Positions 19,185 to 29,059 of a stretch of DNA of 64,000 nucleotides are shown in pieces. Origin of the DNA: an uncultured Alphaproteobacteria bacterium. Its GTDB lineage: Bacteria; Pseudomonadota; Alphaproteobacteria; SP197. Position 1 is the stretch's first letter; each line of letters starts with the position of its first letter. Location of the stretch: assembly GCA_938048755.1 (NCBI GenBank), contig CALIUG010000072.1:3258-67257 (forward strand), written 5' to 3'. The notes beneath the pieces were generated by a model that ran no database searches, had not been told where the DNA came from, and saw only the letters and a program-made list of their open reading frames with translations. The position numbers were made by a program, and so were the translations under genes.

Positions 19185-20453
19185 ATGGCGCTGGATCAGG
19201 ATCGCGAAGTTTTTGACGTTGCAGCCCATACCGAACATGTCACCTTTCAGAAAACGACGCGTCGGACCGAGAACGGCTATGACCTCCCGATGATCGTGCA
19301 CGACCGGCTTGCCTATTCGCCCGAGGAATATGTGCGCCGCTACGACAACATCCAGCGTTCCATGGCCGAACGGGAGCTTGATGTCCTGCTGGTGCGCGGC
19401 CCTGAGAACATCAGCTACTTCAGCGGTTATGAATCGCCAGGCTACTACAAGTATCACTGCGTCATCGTGCCGAAAGACGGTGAGCCGGTCTTTCTGGTGC
19501 GTGATTTCGAATGGATCAATTCGCCGGAATTTGCCTGGAGCACGCGCATTGCCAAGGTCTACGACTGGGACCATCCCCCCAGCGTGACGGCCAATGTGCT
19601 GGCGCAGCTGGGCTTTGCTTCGGGCAGTCGTGTGGGCGTCGAAAAACAGGCGTTTTTTTATACGGTCGACGAGCATGAAACGCTTGTGGAGCAGCTTCCG
19701 GACAACACCTACCACGATGCGACGCAGATTCTCTGGGACAGCCGCATGATCAAGTCCGATGAGGAAATCGCCGTCATGCGCAAGTCCGCAGCCCTCGTGG
19801 ATCTGGCCATGCAGGCGGGCTGGGACGCGACACGGCCTGGCGCCAGCGCCGACGAGATCAACGCCGTGGTCAACGAGGTCCTGTTGAGGAACGGCGGTGA
19901 ATACATGGGCCTGCCGCCCTTCGTGCTCGCTGGCGAGCGCAGCTGCCTGCCGCACCAGACCGGCGGCGCCAACCGCCTGGCCGACAACGACCTCATGTAT
20001 TTCGAGATTTCCGCGTCGCAACACCGCTACACCGCGGCCCTCATGCGCACCATCTTTGTCGGCCAGCCCAAGGATGAATGGGTGCGTGCCGCCGAAGCCT
20101 GCATCGGTGCGGTCGAGGCCGCGCTTGAAACCATCAAACCCGGTGCGACCCCGCATGAGGCCGATACCGCCGCGCGTGCGGTCACCCAGAAGGCAGGGTT
20201 CGGTGACTATCACCGCAATCGCCTTGGTTACTCGATCGGCGTGAGTTATCCGCCTGACTGGGGCGAGGGTGAACTTATCTCCCTGCGCCAGGACGAACAC
20301 CGGCCCCTGCGCGCGGGCATGACGTTTCACATGCCGCCGCTCTGCCTCAAATACCGCGAGTTCGGCATCGGCTTTTCTGAATCCATCGTCGTCACCCCGA
20401 CCGGCTGCGAACGCTTCTCGACCCTCCCGCGCGAGGTCATCATCAAGGCTTGA
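19185..20453 (+). CDS. M24-family metallohydrolase (creatinase, Xaa-Pro peptidase or ectoine-hydrolase-like)
   Basis: 422 aa. Creatinase-type N-domain plus pita-bread C-domain, with metal-ligand contexts (HRNRLGYSIGVSY, GMTFHMPP). Confidence 0.65.
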   Translation: MALDQDREVFDVAAHTEHVTFQKTTRRTENGYDLPMIVHDRLAYSPEEYVRRYDNIQRSMAERELDVLLVRGPENISYFSGYESPGYYKYHCVIVPKDGEPVFLVRDFEWINSPEFAWSTRIAKVYDWDHPPSVTANVLAQLGFASGSRVGVEKQAFFYTVDEHETLVEQLPDNTYHDATQILWDSRMIKSDEEIAVMRKSAALVDLAMQAGWDATRPGASADEINAVVNEVLLRNGGEYMGLPPFVLAGERSCLPHQTGGANRLADNDLMYFEISASQHRYTAALMRTIFVGQPKDEWVRAAEACIGAVEAALETIKPGATPHEADTAARAVTQKAGFGDYHRNRLGYSIGVSYPPDWGEGELISLRQDEHRPLRAGMTFHMPPLCLKYREFGIGFSESIVVTPTGCERFSTLPREVIIKA

Positions 20454-20479
20454 TGGACGGCGCGCCTCGTTATGGGCGC

Positions 20480-21493
20480 TCAGTCCACCGCCGGTGCGGT
20501 GATCATCGACCAGAGGCGGTCGAGGCCCTCTGCGGTGTCGCCGCGATGGGTGTGATAGGTGGCATGTTCGTCGGGGTCCGCTGTGTCTGAAATGCCGATG
20601 GACCACAGGCCTTCGATTTCGTTGGGGATCATGGAATAGCGCATGTCGATGATGCGCTCGGGCATCACCGGGTCCTGGGCCAGGAAACCGTCACTGAAGA
20701 TATCGAAGCGATCAATGTCGCGGCGTTGTTGCGAGCCTGGGTCGAGGTCGGGGAAGTCCCGCGCCACGTTCAGCTTCTGCACGGATTCTCCGGTAAAGAT
20801 GCGCGGCGCAAGGGTGGGGCGCACGGCATCGACATGGAAACGGCCATCGGCCTCGTAGATCGTCTTCCAGATCAGGATGTTGGCAAAGCCGGGCTTGGCA
20901 TCCAGGCGCACCGGCGTGTGACCGCGCGCTTCTGCAAGGGCCGCACCCATCTCAAGTGCCGCTTCCCGCTGCAGCACACCCGCCCCGAGATAGAGGCTCG
21001 CCCATAGCAATGCCGTGATCGCGAACCACCGCTGTCTGCGCACCATGGCAAGGATGACCAGCACCAGCACGGGCAGCGTGAACAGCGGGTCGACCACCGA
21101 GACCGCGCTCAAGGCCACCCGTTCCGAACTGAAAGGCCACCACAGCAGGGTGCCGTAGGAGGTAAAGGCGTCGAGCAGGCCGTGGGTGCCGTAACCCAGG
21201 GTGCAGAACAGCCAGGTCGCCTTGAATGGTAGCCCGCTTCGGCGTCCGAACAGGAGATGGAAGGGGACTGCGCAGATCAGGCCGCCCAGGGGAATGAGGA
21301 GAAGGGCGTGGGTGAAGTGGCGATGGTATTCGAGATAGAGCAGCGGATCGTCCGACGAGCGGATCAACACGTCGAGATCGGGCACCAGCCCGGCCACAAA
21401 TCCGAAACATCCGGCCCAGAACAGGGCCCGGCGGTTCCTGGCAAGCGCCTGGGGCAGGCTCGCGCCGATCAGTCCTTGTGTCAGGGGGTCCAT
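20480..21493 (-). CDS. membrane-bound metal-dependent hydrolase (YdjM/DUF457-like) with C-terminal extension
   Basis: Start MDPLTQGLIGASL. Multiple TM helices with the HxH, YGTHGLLD and His-rich motifs of YdjM-type proteins. Confidence 0.5.
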   Translation of the reverse strand: MDPLTQGLIGASLPQALARNRRALFWAGCFGFVAGLVPDLDVLIRSSDDPLLYLEYHRHFTHALLLIPLGGLICAVPFHLLFGRRSGLPFKATWLFCTLGYGTHGLLDAFTSYGTLLWWPFSSERVALSAVSVVDPLFTLPVLVLVILAMVRRQRWFAITALLWASLYLGAGVLQREAALEMGAALAEARGHTPVRLDAKPGFANILIWKTIYEADGRFHVDAVRPTLAPRIFTGESVQKLNVARDFPDLDPGSQQRRDIDRFDIFSDGFLAQDPVMPERIIDMRYSMIPNEIEGLWSIGISDTADPDEHATYHTHRGDTAEGLDRLWSMITAPAVD

Positions 21494-21640
21494 CGTGGTG
21501 CGCCAGGATACGGAGGGGATTGCCCGTAAGAACGCCGGGCGGGTTTGATGGTATCGGCCCGTCGGGTCAAATGCGAGCGCAACACGAAATCGCGCCGCGA
21601 TCAGACCGACGCGCAAGAGCTGCCATGACTTCAGAAAAAA

Positions 21641-21715
21641 TGGAGCGGGCGATGAGATTCGAACTCACGACCCCAACCTTGGCAAGGTTGTGCTCTACCC
21701 CTGAGCTACGCCCGC
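21641..21715 (-). tRNA. tRNA-Gly (anticodon GCC), CCA encoded
   Basis: Reverse complement GCGGGCGTAGCTCAGGGGTAGAGCACAACCTTGCCAAGGTTGGGGTCGTGAGTTCGAATCTCATCGCCCGCTCCA. It forms a cloverleaf with anticodon loop CUUGCCAAG. Confidence 0.9.
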
Positions 21716-21871
21716 TCATGCGTCCGGACTTGAGGTACATCTGCCCGGAGCGAACGGCTCTATAGCAGATCAGGCGCGCGGTGCAAGAGGCTTGCGTGGC
21801 GCGCCGCGGCTTGTGGCGGCGGGGTGGCCTGCGCCATGATGCGGTTTCACTTGCGGGCAGGGAACCAGGTC

Positions 21872-22735
21872 ATGACGGCAGGCAGCGATTCGGCACGGGC
21901 GCGGCGCAGTTTCATCTTTCTTCCCGGCTTGAAGCCCGAGATGTTCCCCAAGGCCGTGGCCTCGGGCGCCGACATCGTGTGCGTCGACCTCGAGGATGCC
22001 ATTCACCCCAACGACAAGGCCGCCGCGCTGGAACGCACGCTGGCCCTGATGGCCGACCTGCCCGATGCGGGCGAGGCCGAGGTCGTGGTGCGCATCAATT
22101 CCCTGCGCACGCCCCCGGGGCTGACCGATCTTGCCGCGGTACTGGCTGCCGGCGCTGACGGTCCGCGCTCGCTCATGCTGCCCAAGGTCGGTTCAGCCGA
22201 CGAGGTCGCGCTGATCGCGGGCCAGCTTGACGATGCCGGTCTCGATACCACGCTCCATGTCATCATCGAATCCGCCGCGGGCCTGGAACATGCCTGGGAG
22301 ATCGCGCAGTCGAGCAACCGCCTGCAGGCGCTCTTCTTCGGCGCGGTTGATCTTTCGTCGGATATCGGCTGCGAGAACTCCTGGGAGACCATGCTTTATG
22401 CGCGCAGCCGTGTGGTCGCTGCCGCGGCTGGCGCGGGTCTTGATGCCATCGACGTGCCCTGGCTTGATCTTGAGGACATGGAGGGCATGGCAGAGGAGGC
22501 GCGGAATTCGCGACGCCTGGGTTTCGTCGGCAAGGGTTCGATCCACCCCAAGCAGATTGCCACGCTGCATGAGATCTTCTCTCCCTCCCAGGCCGAGCTG
22601 GACCATGCCCGGCGTATCGTTGCTGCCTTCGAGGAAGCCGCCACGGGTCTTGTCGTGATCGACGGCAAGCTCATCGAGAAACCGGTTCTGCGCGCCATGG
22701 AACGCACGCTCGAGCGTGCGCGCCGCATGGGTTAA
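21872..22735 (+). CDS. HpcH/HpaI aldolase or citrate lyase beta-subunit (CitE)-like lyase (citryl-CoA or malyl-CoA lyase family)
   Basis: SFIFLPGLKPEMFPKAVASGADIVCVDLEDA N-terminal signature of CitE-like proteins. Start choice between 21824 and 21872 is uncertain. Confidence 0.7.
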   Translation: MTAGSDSARARRSFIFLPGLKPEMFPKAVASGADIVCVDLEDAIHPNDKAAALERTLALMADLPDAGEAEVVVRINSLRTPPGLTDLAAVLAAGADGPRSLMLPKVGSADEVALIAGQLDDAGLDTTLHVIIESAAGLEHAWEIAQSSNRLQALFFGAVDLSSDIGCENSWETMLYARSRVVAAAAGAGLDAIDVPWLDLEDMEGMAEEARNSRRLGFVGKGSIHPKQIATLHEIFSPSQAELDHARRIVAAFEEAATGLVVIDGKLIEKPVLRAMERTLERARRMG

Positions 22736-22741
22736 CCCGCC

Positions 22742-22936
22742 GTGACGACACAGACCGATCCGGAACGCGAGACTTCGGTAGCCGGACCGCATCAGCGCAA
22801 GGCCGAGCTGGTGCTGGTCTGCGCGCTTGCCGGGCTCGCCCTGTTGCTGGTCGGTTCGGCGCTGGGTCTGATGCTGGCGCCGAAGGACGATTCGACCCTG
22901 GGCGTCATGCGTGCCCTGGTGTTCCGCTGCCACTGA
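22742..22936 (+). CDS. hypothetical small membrane protein (64 aa)
   Basis: ORF with one hydrophobic helix (LVLVCALAGLALLLVGSALGLML), located between the citE-like gene and csoR. Weak evidence. Confidence 0.25.
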   Translation: MTTQTDPERETSVAGPHQRKAELVLVCALAGLALLLVGSALGLMLAPKDDSTLGVMRALVFRCH

Positions 22937-22989
22937 AACGCTGACTCTGCCGGGAGCGCTTGACTCCTGAGGACGAATCACTATCTGAT

Positions 22990-23020
22990 GGATACCCCTC
23001 CCCCAGGGGGGTGGAATTCG
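22990..23020. promoter_or_regulatory. candidate CsoR operator (GC-rich pseudo-palindrome) 10-40 bp upstream of csoR
   Basis: ATACCCCTCCCCCAGGGGGTGGAAT resembles known CsoR operators such as the M. tuberculosis TAGCCCACCCCCAGTGGGGTGGGATA. Confidence 0.45.
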
Positions 23021-23030
23021 TTCAGATGGA

Positions 23031-23378
23031 GTGTTTGGCATGGCTGCGACAACAACAACCGCGCGGAAGAAGAAGGCAACGGCAAAGGCGGATGCAGGTC
23101 ATGCCTGCCTGCATCTTGATGCCGATGCGCGCAAGGACGCCAGGTTGCGCCTGCTTTCGGTACGCGGCCATGTCGAGGGCATTCTGCGCATGCTCGAAGA
23201 CGACAGCGTCTATTGCGTCGATGTCCTCAAGCAGATCAAGGCCGTCGATGGCGCGCTCGACAAGGTCGGCAACCTGATCCTGAAAGCCCATCTGCACGAC
23301 CATGTTGTCACGGCCGCCAAGCGCGGCGATGAGGAGGCGATCGTCGCCGAACTCATGGAAGTTCTGAAGTACCGATGA
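23031..23378 (+). CDS. csoR: copper-sensing transcriptional repressor, CsoR/RcnR/FrmR family
   Basis: 115 aa all-helical protein. The [38 protein letters not shown] core carries the Cys/His metal-site positions. ATGA-overlapped with copA. Confidence 0.8.
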   Translation: MFGMAATTTTARKKKATAKADAGHACLHLDADARKDARLRLLSVRGHVEGILRMLEDDSVYCVDVLKQIKAVDGALDKVGNLILKAHLHDHVVTAAKRGDEEAIVAELMEVLKYR

Positions 23379-25822
23379 CCCGGCATCTCGACTTCACGGT
23401 CGACGGCATGACCTGCGGCGGCTGTGTCGCCAAGGTCGAACGCACGCTGGCCAGGGTCGACGGCGTCGACAAGGCCGAGGTCAACCTTGCCACCCATCGC
23501 GCAACGGTGACGGCAGAGATCCTGCCCGACACCGCAGCCCTGCGTGCCACGATCGACAGTCTTGGATACAAAACGCCCACGGTCGAACGCGACTACACCA
23601 TCGATGGCATGACCTGCGGTGCCTGTGTCACGCGTGTTGAAACAGCGTTGCTGGCGGTGCCGGGCGTCACCCTGGCGGAAGTCAATCTTGCCACCCATCG
23701 CGCCCGGGTCACCGCACTTGCCGGTTCGCTCAGTGACGCCGCGATCATCGAAGCGGTCTCTGGAACCGGCTACGCCGCCCAGCCCGTCGGACAGACCGGG
23801 GATGAAGAAGACGATGGCGAAGCACGCCGTCAGGCCGCCCTGGCTGCTTTGCGCCGGCGTGTCGTGGTTGCAGCGGTTTTCACGGTTCCCCTCGTCATCC
23901 TCGCCATGGGGCGTCATATCGGTCCCATCGAGGCCTGGACCGCGGGGATCATGAGTCATCGCGGCTGGATGACCGTGGAACTTTTTCTGGCGCTTCCCGT
24001 GCAGATCTTTGCTGCGGGCCTGTTCTATCGTCTGGCCTGGCGCGAACTGCGTCATCTCGCGCCGGGCATGAACAGCCTGGTCGCGATCGGCACCACGGCC
24101 GCCTTCGGCTATTCACTGCTCGCCCTTTTGGCCCCTGATCTCTTTCCGGACGGCACGGCAAACTCCTATTTCGAGGCTGCCGCCGTCATCGTCACGCTCA
24201 TCCTGCTGGGCCGCCTGATGGAGGGTGCCGCCAAGGGCCGGACATCCGCAGCCATCCGCAAGCTGATGCAGCTCGCCCCACCCACGGCACGGGTGCGTCG
24301 TGACGGGGAAGACATCGAGGTTCCGGTCGCTGAAATCGTCGTGGGCGACGTGGTCGTTGTGCGTCCCGGTGAGCGGTTGCCGGTTGATGGCGACGTGCTG
24401 GAAGGCGCCAGCCATATCGACGAAGCTATGATCACCGGTGAGCCCATCCCCGTGGAGAAGGCCATGGGCGATGCCGTCACCGGCGGCACAGCCAACGGCA
24501 CCGGTGCATTGCTGGTCCGTGCGACGCGCGTGGGCGCAGATACCGTGCTTGCCCAGATCGTTGCCATGGTCGAGGAAGCCCAGGGCTCCAAACCGCCGAT
24601 CCAGCATATGGCCGACCGCATTGCCGGGGTCTTTGTGCCCATCGTCATGGTGCTGGCGGTCCTGACCTTTGCCGTTTGGATTGTCTTCGGGCCGCAACCG
24701 TCGCTTTCCTATGCCTTCGTCACGGCGGTTTCGGTCCTGCTTGTCGCCTGCCCCTGCGCCATGGGCCTTGCCACGCCCACAGCCGTCATGGTTGCCACGG
24801 GACGGGGTGCAGGCGCCGGAGTCCTGATCCGCCAGGGTGCGACGCTGGAACGCCTTGCAAAGGTCGACATGGCCGTGTTCGACAAAACAGGAACCCTGAC
24901 CCAGGGACGGCCCACGCTGACGGCCATAGAGACCGTCGCCGGTGGTGATGAACACCGGGCCCTGGCGCTCGCCGCTGCCCTGGAACGCCAGAGCGAACAC
25001 CCCATCGCGCTCGCCATTGTCGAAGCGGCGGGCGAACGCGGCCTGACGCTTGCCCAGGCACGCGACTTCGGCACCGAATCCGGCATGGGCGCGACCGCTG
25101 TGGTTGATGGCCACAGCGTCATGATCGGGGCCGGTCGTTACATGGCCGCCCACGGCATTGATACGTCGGAACTCGCCGCCGCCGCCGCCGACCATGCCGG
25201 ACGCGGCGCGACGCCGGTGTTCCTGGCTGTTGACGGCGAACTCTCGGCCTTCCTTGCGGTCTCAGATGCGGTCAAACCCGGCAGCGCCGCCGCGCTGGCC
25301 AGACTGGCAAAGATGGGTGTGAAAACCGCCATGCTGACCGGCGACAACACACGCACCGCACAGGCCGTTGCCACCGATCTCGGCATCGACCATGTGCTGG
25401 CCGAGGTTATGCCTGGGGACAAGGCTTCAGAAATCGCGCGCCTGCAGGCCGAGGGCGCCACGGTTGCCTTTGTCGGCGACGGGATCAACGATGCGCCCGC
25501 CCTTGCCGGTGCGGATGTCGGCATTGCCATCGGCACCGGCACCGATGTCGCGATCGAGGCCGGCGATGTCGTGCTTATGTCTGGCGATCCCGCCGGTGTG
25601 GCCAACGCGATTGCGCTTGGCCGTCGCACACTGACCACGATCAAGCAGAACTTTCTGTGGGCCTATCTCTATAACGTGTTGTTGATCCCCGTTGCCGCCG
25701 GTCTGCTCTACCCCTTCGCGGGCGTCCTGATGCACCCCATCTTTGCGGCGCTCGCCATGAGCATCTCCAGCGTCTTTGTCGTCACCAACTCCCTGCGCCT
25801 CAACCGCTTCCGCTTGGGCTGA
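23375..25822 (+). CDS. copA: copper-translocating P1B-type ATPase
   Basis: Two N-terminal HMA domains (GMTCGGC, GMTCGAC). CPC motif ([10 protein letters not shown]), [15 protein letters not shown]. 815 aa. Confidence 0.95.
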   Translation: MTRHLDFTVDGMTCGGCVAKVERTLARVDGVDKAEVNLATHRATVTAEILPDTAALRATIDSLGYKTPTVERDYTIDGMTCGACVTRVETALLAVPGVTLAEVNLATHRARVTALAGSLSDAAIIEAVSGTGYAAQPVGQTGDEEDDGEARRQAALAALRRRVVVAAVFTVPLVILAMGRHIGPIEAWTAGIMSHRGWMTVELFLALPVQIFAAGLFYRLAWRELRHLAPGMNSLVAIGTTAAFGYSLLALLAPDLFPDGTANSYFEAAAVIVTLILLGRLMEGAAKGRTSAAIRKLMQLAPPTARVRRDGEDIEVPVAEIVVGDVVVVRPGERLPVDGDVLEGASHIDEAMITGEPIPVEKAMGDAVTGGTANGTGALLVRATRVGADTVLAQIVAMVEEAQGSKPPIQHMADRIAGVFVPIVMVLAVLTFAVWIVFGPQPSLSYAFVTAVSVLLVACPCAMGLATPTAVMVATGRGAGAGVLIRQGATLERLAKVDMAVFDKTGTLTQGRPTLTAIETVAGGDEHRALALAAALERQSEHPIALAIVEAAGERGLTLAQARDFGTESGMGATAVVDGHSVMIGAGRYMAAHGIDTSELAAAAADHAGRGATPVFLAVDGELSAFLAVSDAVKPGSAAALARLAKMGVKTAMLTGDNTRTAQAVATDLGIDHVLAEVMPGDKASEIARLQAEGATVAFVGDGINDAPALAGADVGIAIGTGTDVAIEAGDVVLMSGDPAGVANAIALGRRTLTTIKQNFLWAYLYNVLLIPVAAGLLYPFAGVLMHPIFAALAMSISSVFVVTNSLRLNRFRLG

Positions 25823-25869
25823 GGTGCCGGTGCCGAACGCGACGCCGCATGACGCCGATCTGCCCTGTT

Positions 25870-26090
25870 TGTCACGCAGAGACGCAGAGACGCAGAGAAA
25901 CAAACAAACTAACAAGAGTGGGCACACAGAGACACAGGGTCGGTTGATGCTTGATGGGATTGGTTCGATGAGCTTGTCTCAGTTGGGCCGCTGCGCGGCC
26001 CATTAATCTGTCCTAGTTCGAGGCCGCCATGACGCCCATTGGATATTGCTGGTCCTCTGTGGCTCTGTGGCTCTGTGTGACAAACCTTGT
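25870..26090. repeat. MITE-like element: about 30-bp terminal inverted repeats, each containing 3 tandem heptamers (cagagac/g), flanking about 150 bp with a strong internal hairpin
   Basis: Left end tgtcacgcagagacgcagagacgcagaga. Right end cctctgtggctctgtggctctgtgtgaca, which is its reverse complement with 3 mismatches. Internal gggccgctgcgcggccc hairpin followed by attaat, which may also terminate copA transcription. Confidence 0.7.
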
Positions 26091-26137
26091 TTCCTGGCAT
26101 GGGTGACACCCTGATTGCCGCGCGTTAAAACGCCGCC

Positions 26138-26638
26138 ATGCACGCGACAGAACACGACCTCATGGCCCGGCTCGATGCGCTGGGTATCGAGACCACCACC
26201 CATCGCCATCCCGCCGTCTTCACGGTGGAGGAGGCGCGCGCTCATTGCAGCCATCTGCCGGGCTGCCATTGCAAGAACCTGTTTCTCAAAGACAAGAAGG
26301 GTGCGTTGTGGCTGGTCGTGGCGCGGGACGATGCGCCGATTTCCATGAAACATCTCGACAAGCAGATCGGCTCGGCACGCCTTTCCTTCGGCAAGCCCGA
26401 TCTTCTGCTGGAGGTGCTGGGGGTCATTCCCGGCGCTGTCACGCCCTTTGCACTCATCAACGATGCCGAACAGCGCGTCAACGTGGTGCTGGATGCACAA
26501 ATGATGGCGGCGGATCTCGTCAACTACCATCCGCTCACCAACGAGGCGACGGTGGCGCTGACGCCCGATGCCCTGGTGACCTTCATCCGTGCCTGTGGCC
26601 ACGAGCCTGCAATTCTCGAGGTTGACGCTCCCGAATAG
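26138..26638 (+). CDS. YbaK/ProX-type aminoacyl-tRNA deacylase (prolyl-tRNA editing domain family)
   Basis: 166 aa with the YbaK/ProRS-associated domain pattern (HPAVFTVEE...CKNLFLKDKKG...GAVTPFALIN). Confidence 0.7.
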   Translation: MHATEHDLMARLDALGIETTTHRHPAVFTVEEARAHCSHLPGCHCKNLFLKDKKGALWLVVARDDAPISMKHLDKQIGSARLSFGKPDLLLEVLGVIPGAVTPFALINDAEQRVNVVLDAQMMAADLVNYHPLTNEATVALTPDALVTFIRACGHEPAILEVDAPE

Positions 26639-26752
26639 GTTCGCAGCCGTTGCGAACGGCCTGTGCCGACGCCATTTATCGGGTAGAAGCAAAACAAAGA
26701 ATGACTATGCTCGCCCGTCCGTCAGGGACGAGGACAAGGAAAGGTAACGACC

Positions 26753-27661
26753 ATGGCTATGATCATCGGTGAAGGCGGCGGCGATACGCCGGATGCAGCG
26801 TTTTCCGTCAAGGATGTCACGACAGAGGGATTCCAGGCCGACGTGCTTGAGGATTCAGTCAACCAGCCGATCGTTGTCGATCTCTGGGCGCCCTGGTGCG
26901 AGCCCTGCAAGCAGCTCGGCCCGCTCCTGGAAAAGGTCGTCAAGGCGACCAGAGGCGCGGTCAAGATGGTCAAGATCAACATCGATGACGAACCCCAGAT
27001 CGCGCAGGCCCTGCGCGTGCAGTCGATTCCTGCCGTGTTCGCCTTCGACAAGGGGCAGCCGGTTGACGGCTTTGTCGGGGTCCAGCCCGAAAGCCAGATC
27101 AAGGCCTTTGTCGAGCGACTTGCCGGCGAGATCGGCCCCAGCCCGGTCGAGCAGGCGCTCGAGCAGGCCGACGCTGCCCTGGAAGCCGAGGACTTCGCCC
27201 AGGCTGCGGGGATCTATCAGCAGGTCATGGGTCATGAGAACGACAACATCGACGCCATCGCCGGCCTCTGCCGCGCGCTGATCGGTCTTGGCCAGATCGA
27301 AGACGTCACGCAGTTGCTCGATGCGCTGAACGAAGACATCAGCAAGGATGACCGCATCCAGGGCGTGCGCGCCCAGCTCGAACTGTTGGAAGCAGGCGGC
27401 GGTGACACGGCCGAACTGGAAGCAAAGGTCGCTGCCAACGGCAACGACCTCGAGGCCCGGTTCGAACTGGCGCAGGCCTATGCCGCGGGGAACAAACGCG
27501 ACGAAGCGGTCGATCAGCTCATCGCCATCATCGCGGTCAAACGTGACTGGAACGAGGATGCCGCGCGCCAGGAACTGCTGAAATTCTTCGAAGCCTTCGG
27601 CCCGACCGATCCGGCAACCGTCGAGGGACGTAAGAAGCTGTCATCGGTCTGGTTCAGTTAG
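26753..27661 (+). CDS. thioredoxin-domain plus TPR co-chaperone (YbbN/CnoX-like)
   Basis: Thioredoxin fold with the WCEPC active-site variant, followed by a C-terminal TPR-like helical domain. 302 aa. Confidence 0.8.
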   Translation: MAMIIGEGGGDTPDAAFSVKDVTTEGFQADVLEDSVNQPIVVDLWAPWCEPCKQLGPLLEKVVKATRGAVKMVKINIDDEPQIAQALRVQSIPAVFAFDKGQPVDGFVGVQPESQIKAFVERLAGEIGPSPVEQALEQADAALEAEDFAQAAGIYQQVMGHENDNIDAIAGLCRALIGLGQIEDVTQLLDALNEDISKDDRIQGVRAQLELLEAGGGDTAELEAKVAANGNDLEARFELAQAYAAGNKRDEAVDQLIAIIAVKRDWNEDAARQELLKFFEAFGPTDPATVEGRKKLSSVWFS

Positions 27662-27746
27662 TGTCCCGATCGCAACGTTCGCACAGTCGAACCTTGCGTG
27701 AATTGGCACACCAGCAATAGGAGTGCGCTTTGCGCGAGCAGGTTTC

Positions 27747-28412
27747 ATGACGGGCATGCCCTATTATCACGCGGTCGGCGAACTGCCGTGCACCATGGCG
27801 ATCTTTCCCCTGCCAGGTGCGTTGCTGCTTCCGCGCGGCACGCTGCCGCTCAATATCTTCGAGCCGCGTTATCTCACCATGATCGAGGATGCGCTGAAGT
27901 CCGAACGCCTGATCGGCATGATCCAGCCCGATGAAGAAGCGGCCGATGTCGGCGCCGCCCATTGTTTCGAGGTCGGTTGTGCCGGTCGCATAACCCAGTT
28001 CACCGAAACCGATGATGGCCGTTTCCTGATCACCCTGACCGGGGTGGCCCGCTTCCGCATCGCTCGGGAGCTCCCCGTGATGGATGGCGGATACCGTCTG
28101 ATCGAACCGGACTTTTCCGGATTTGATGCGGATCTTCGCCCCCAGGGTGGCAGTGGCGCGATTGATCGCGATGCGCTTGCCGAGCACCTCAAGGCGTTTT
28201 TTGTGAAAAAGCAGATCGAGGCCAACTGGGAAGCCATCGAACAGGCCGATGACGAAAGCCTGGTTACCGCACTTGCCATGGTCTGCCCGTTCCAGCCGCC
28301 GGAGAAGCAGGCGCTTCTGGAAGCTGCCGATTTTGTCGCGCGCGCCGAAACGCTCATCGCCCTGCTGCAGATGGGCGGTGACGGTGATGAAGACGATGCC
28401 GTGCGGCAATAG
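27747..28412 (+). CDS. LON N-terminal (substrate-binding) domain protein
   Basis: MAIFPLPGALLLPRGTLPLNIFEPRY is the Lon N-domain signature. No ATPase or protease domains follow. Confidence 0.65.
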   Translation: MTGMPYYHAVGELPCTMAIFPLPGALLLPRGTLPLNIFEPRYLTMIEDALKSERLIGMIQPDEEAADVGAAHCFEVGCAGRITQFTETDDGRFLITLTGVARFRIARELPVMDGGYRLIEPDFSGFDADLRPQGGSGAIDRDALAEHLKAFFVKKQIEANWEAIEQADDESLVTALAMVCPFQPPEKQALLEAADFVARAETLIALLQMGGDGDEDDAVRQ

Positions 28413-28475
28413 GCCTTTTGGGTTATCCTTCGCTCCAGGGCCCAGACGGGCCGTCGCCCAACGCAGAGAGAACCC

Positions 28476-28661
28476 ATGACGCAAGCAGGCGTTGATCCCA
28501 AGTTGCTCGAAATTCTGGTGTGTCCCCTGACCAAGGGACCGCTTGCCTATGATCGCGAAGCCCAGGAACTGGTCAGCAAGGAAGCTGGCCTTGCCTATCC
28601 CGTGCGCGACGGCATTCCCATCATGCTGGTCGATGAAGCGCGCAAGCTGGACGAGGCATGA
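28476..28661 (+). CDS. Trm112 family protein (YcaR/DUF343)
   Basis: 61 aa. [14 protein letters not shown]...DGIPIML is the Trm112 zinc-ribbon-like signature. Confidence 0.8.
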   Translation: MTQAGVDPKLLEILVCPLTKGPLAYDREAQELVSKEAGLAYPVRDGIPIMLVDEARKLDEA

Positions 28662-29035
28662 AGTCCGACGCCGAACCCACCCGTCATATGCCCACGGAAA
28701 TCCGCCTGAAATCAGCCGAGAAGATTCTTGAGGTCGATTTTGATGACGGCTTCCAGGCCGCCCTGCCGGCCGAACTCCTGCGGGTTGAAAGTCCGTCCGC
28801 AGAGGTTCAGGGCCATGGCTCGGGCCAGAAGAAGACTCTGCCTGGACGCCGCCATGTCGGCATCATGAATGTCGAGCCGGTCGGCAACTACGCCATCAAG
28901 ATCAGCTTTGATGACATGCACGACACCGGGATCTTCTCCTGGAACTACCTCTATGAGCTGGCGCGGGATCAGGAAACGGTCTGGCAGGATTATCTGGACC
29001 GTCTTGAAGAGCAGGGACTCAGCCGCGATCCCTGA
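28658..29035 (+). CDS. DUF971 family protein
   Basis: ATGA overlap with trm112. The pattern ([10 protein letters not shown]...[12 protein letters not shown]...[26 protein letters not shown]) matches DUF971 / gamma-butyrobetaine-hydroxylase-like N-domain proteins. Confidence 0.7.
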   Translation: MKSDAEPTRHMPTEIRLKSAEKILEVDFDDGFQAALPAELLRVESPSAEVQGHGSGQKKTLPGRRHVGIMNVEPVGNYAIKISFDDMHDTGIFSWNYLYELARDQETVWQDYLDRLEEQGLSRDP

Positions 29036-29059
29036 ATGAAGGAGTGGGAAGGTTCGTTC

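Noticed and set aside
26639-26665. Hairpin gttcgcagccgttgcgaac after the ybaK-like gene, as an intrinsic terminator.
   Set aside because: The stem is short and no U-tract follows. Left out of the feature list.
27690-27715. sigma-54 promoter-like TGGCAC-N5-CAATA upstream of the LON-N gene.
   Set aside because: The downstream element is CAATA, not TTGCA/TTGCT, and spacing to any start is atypical.
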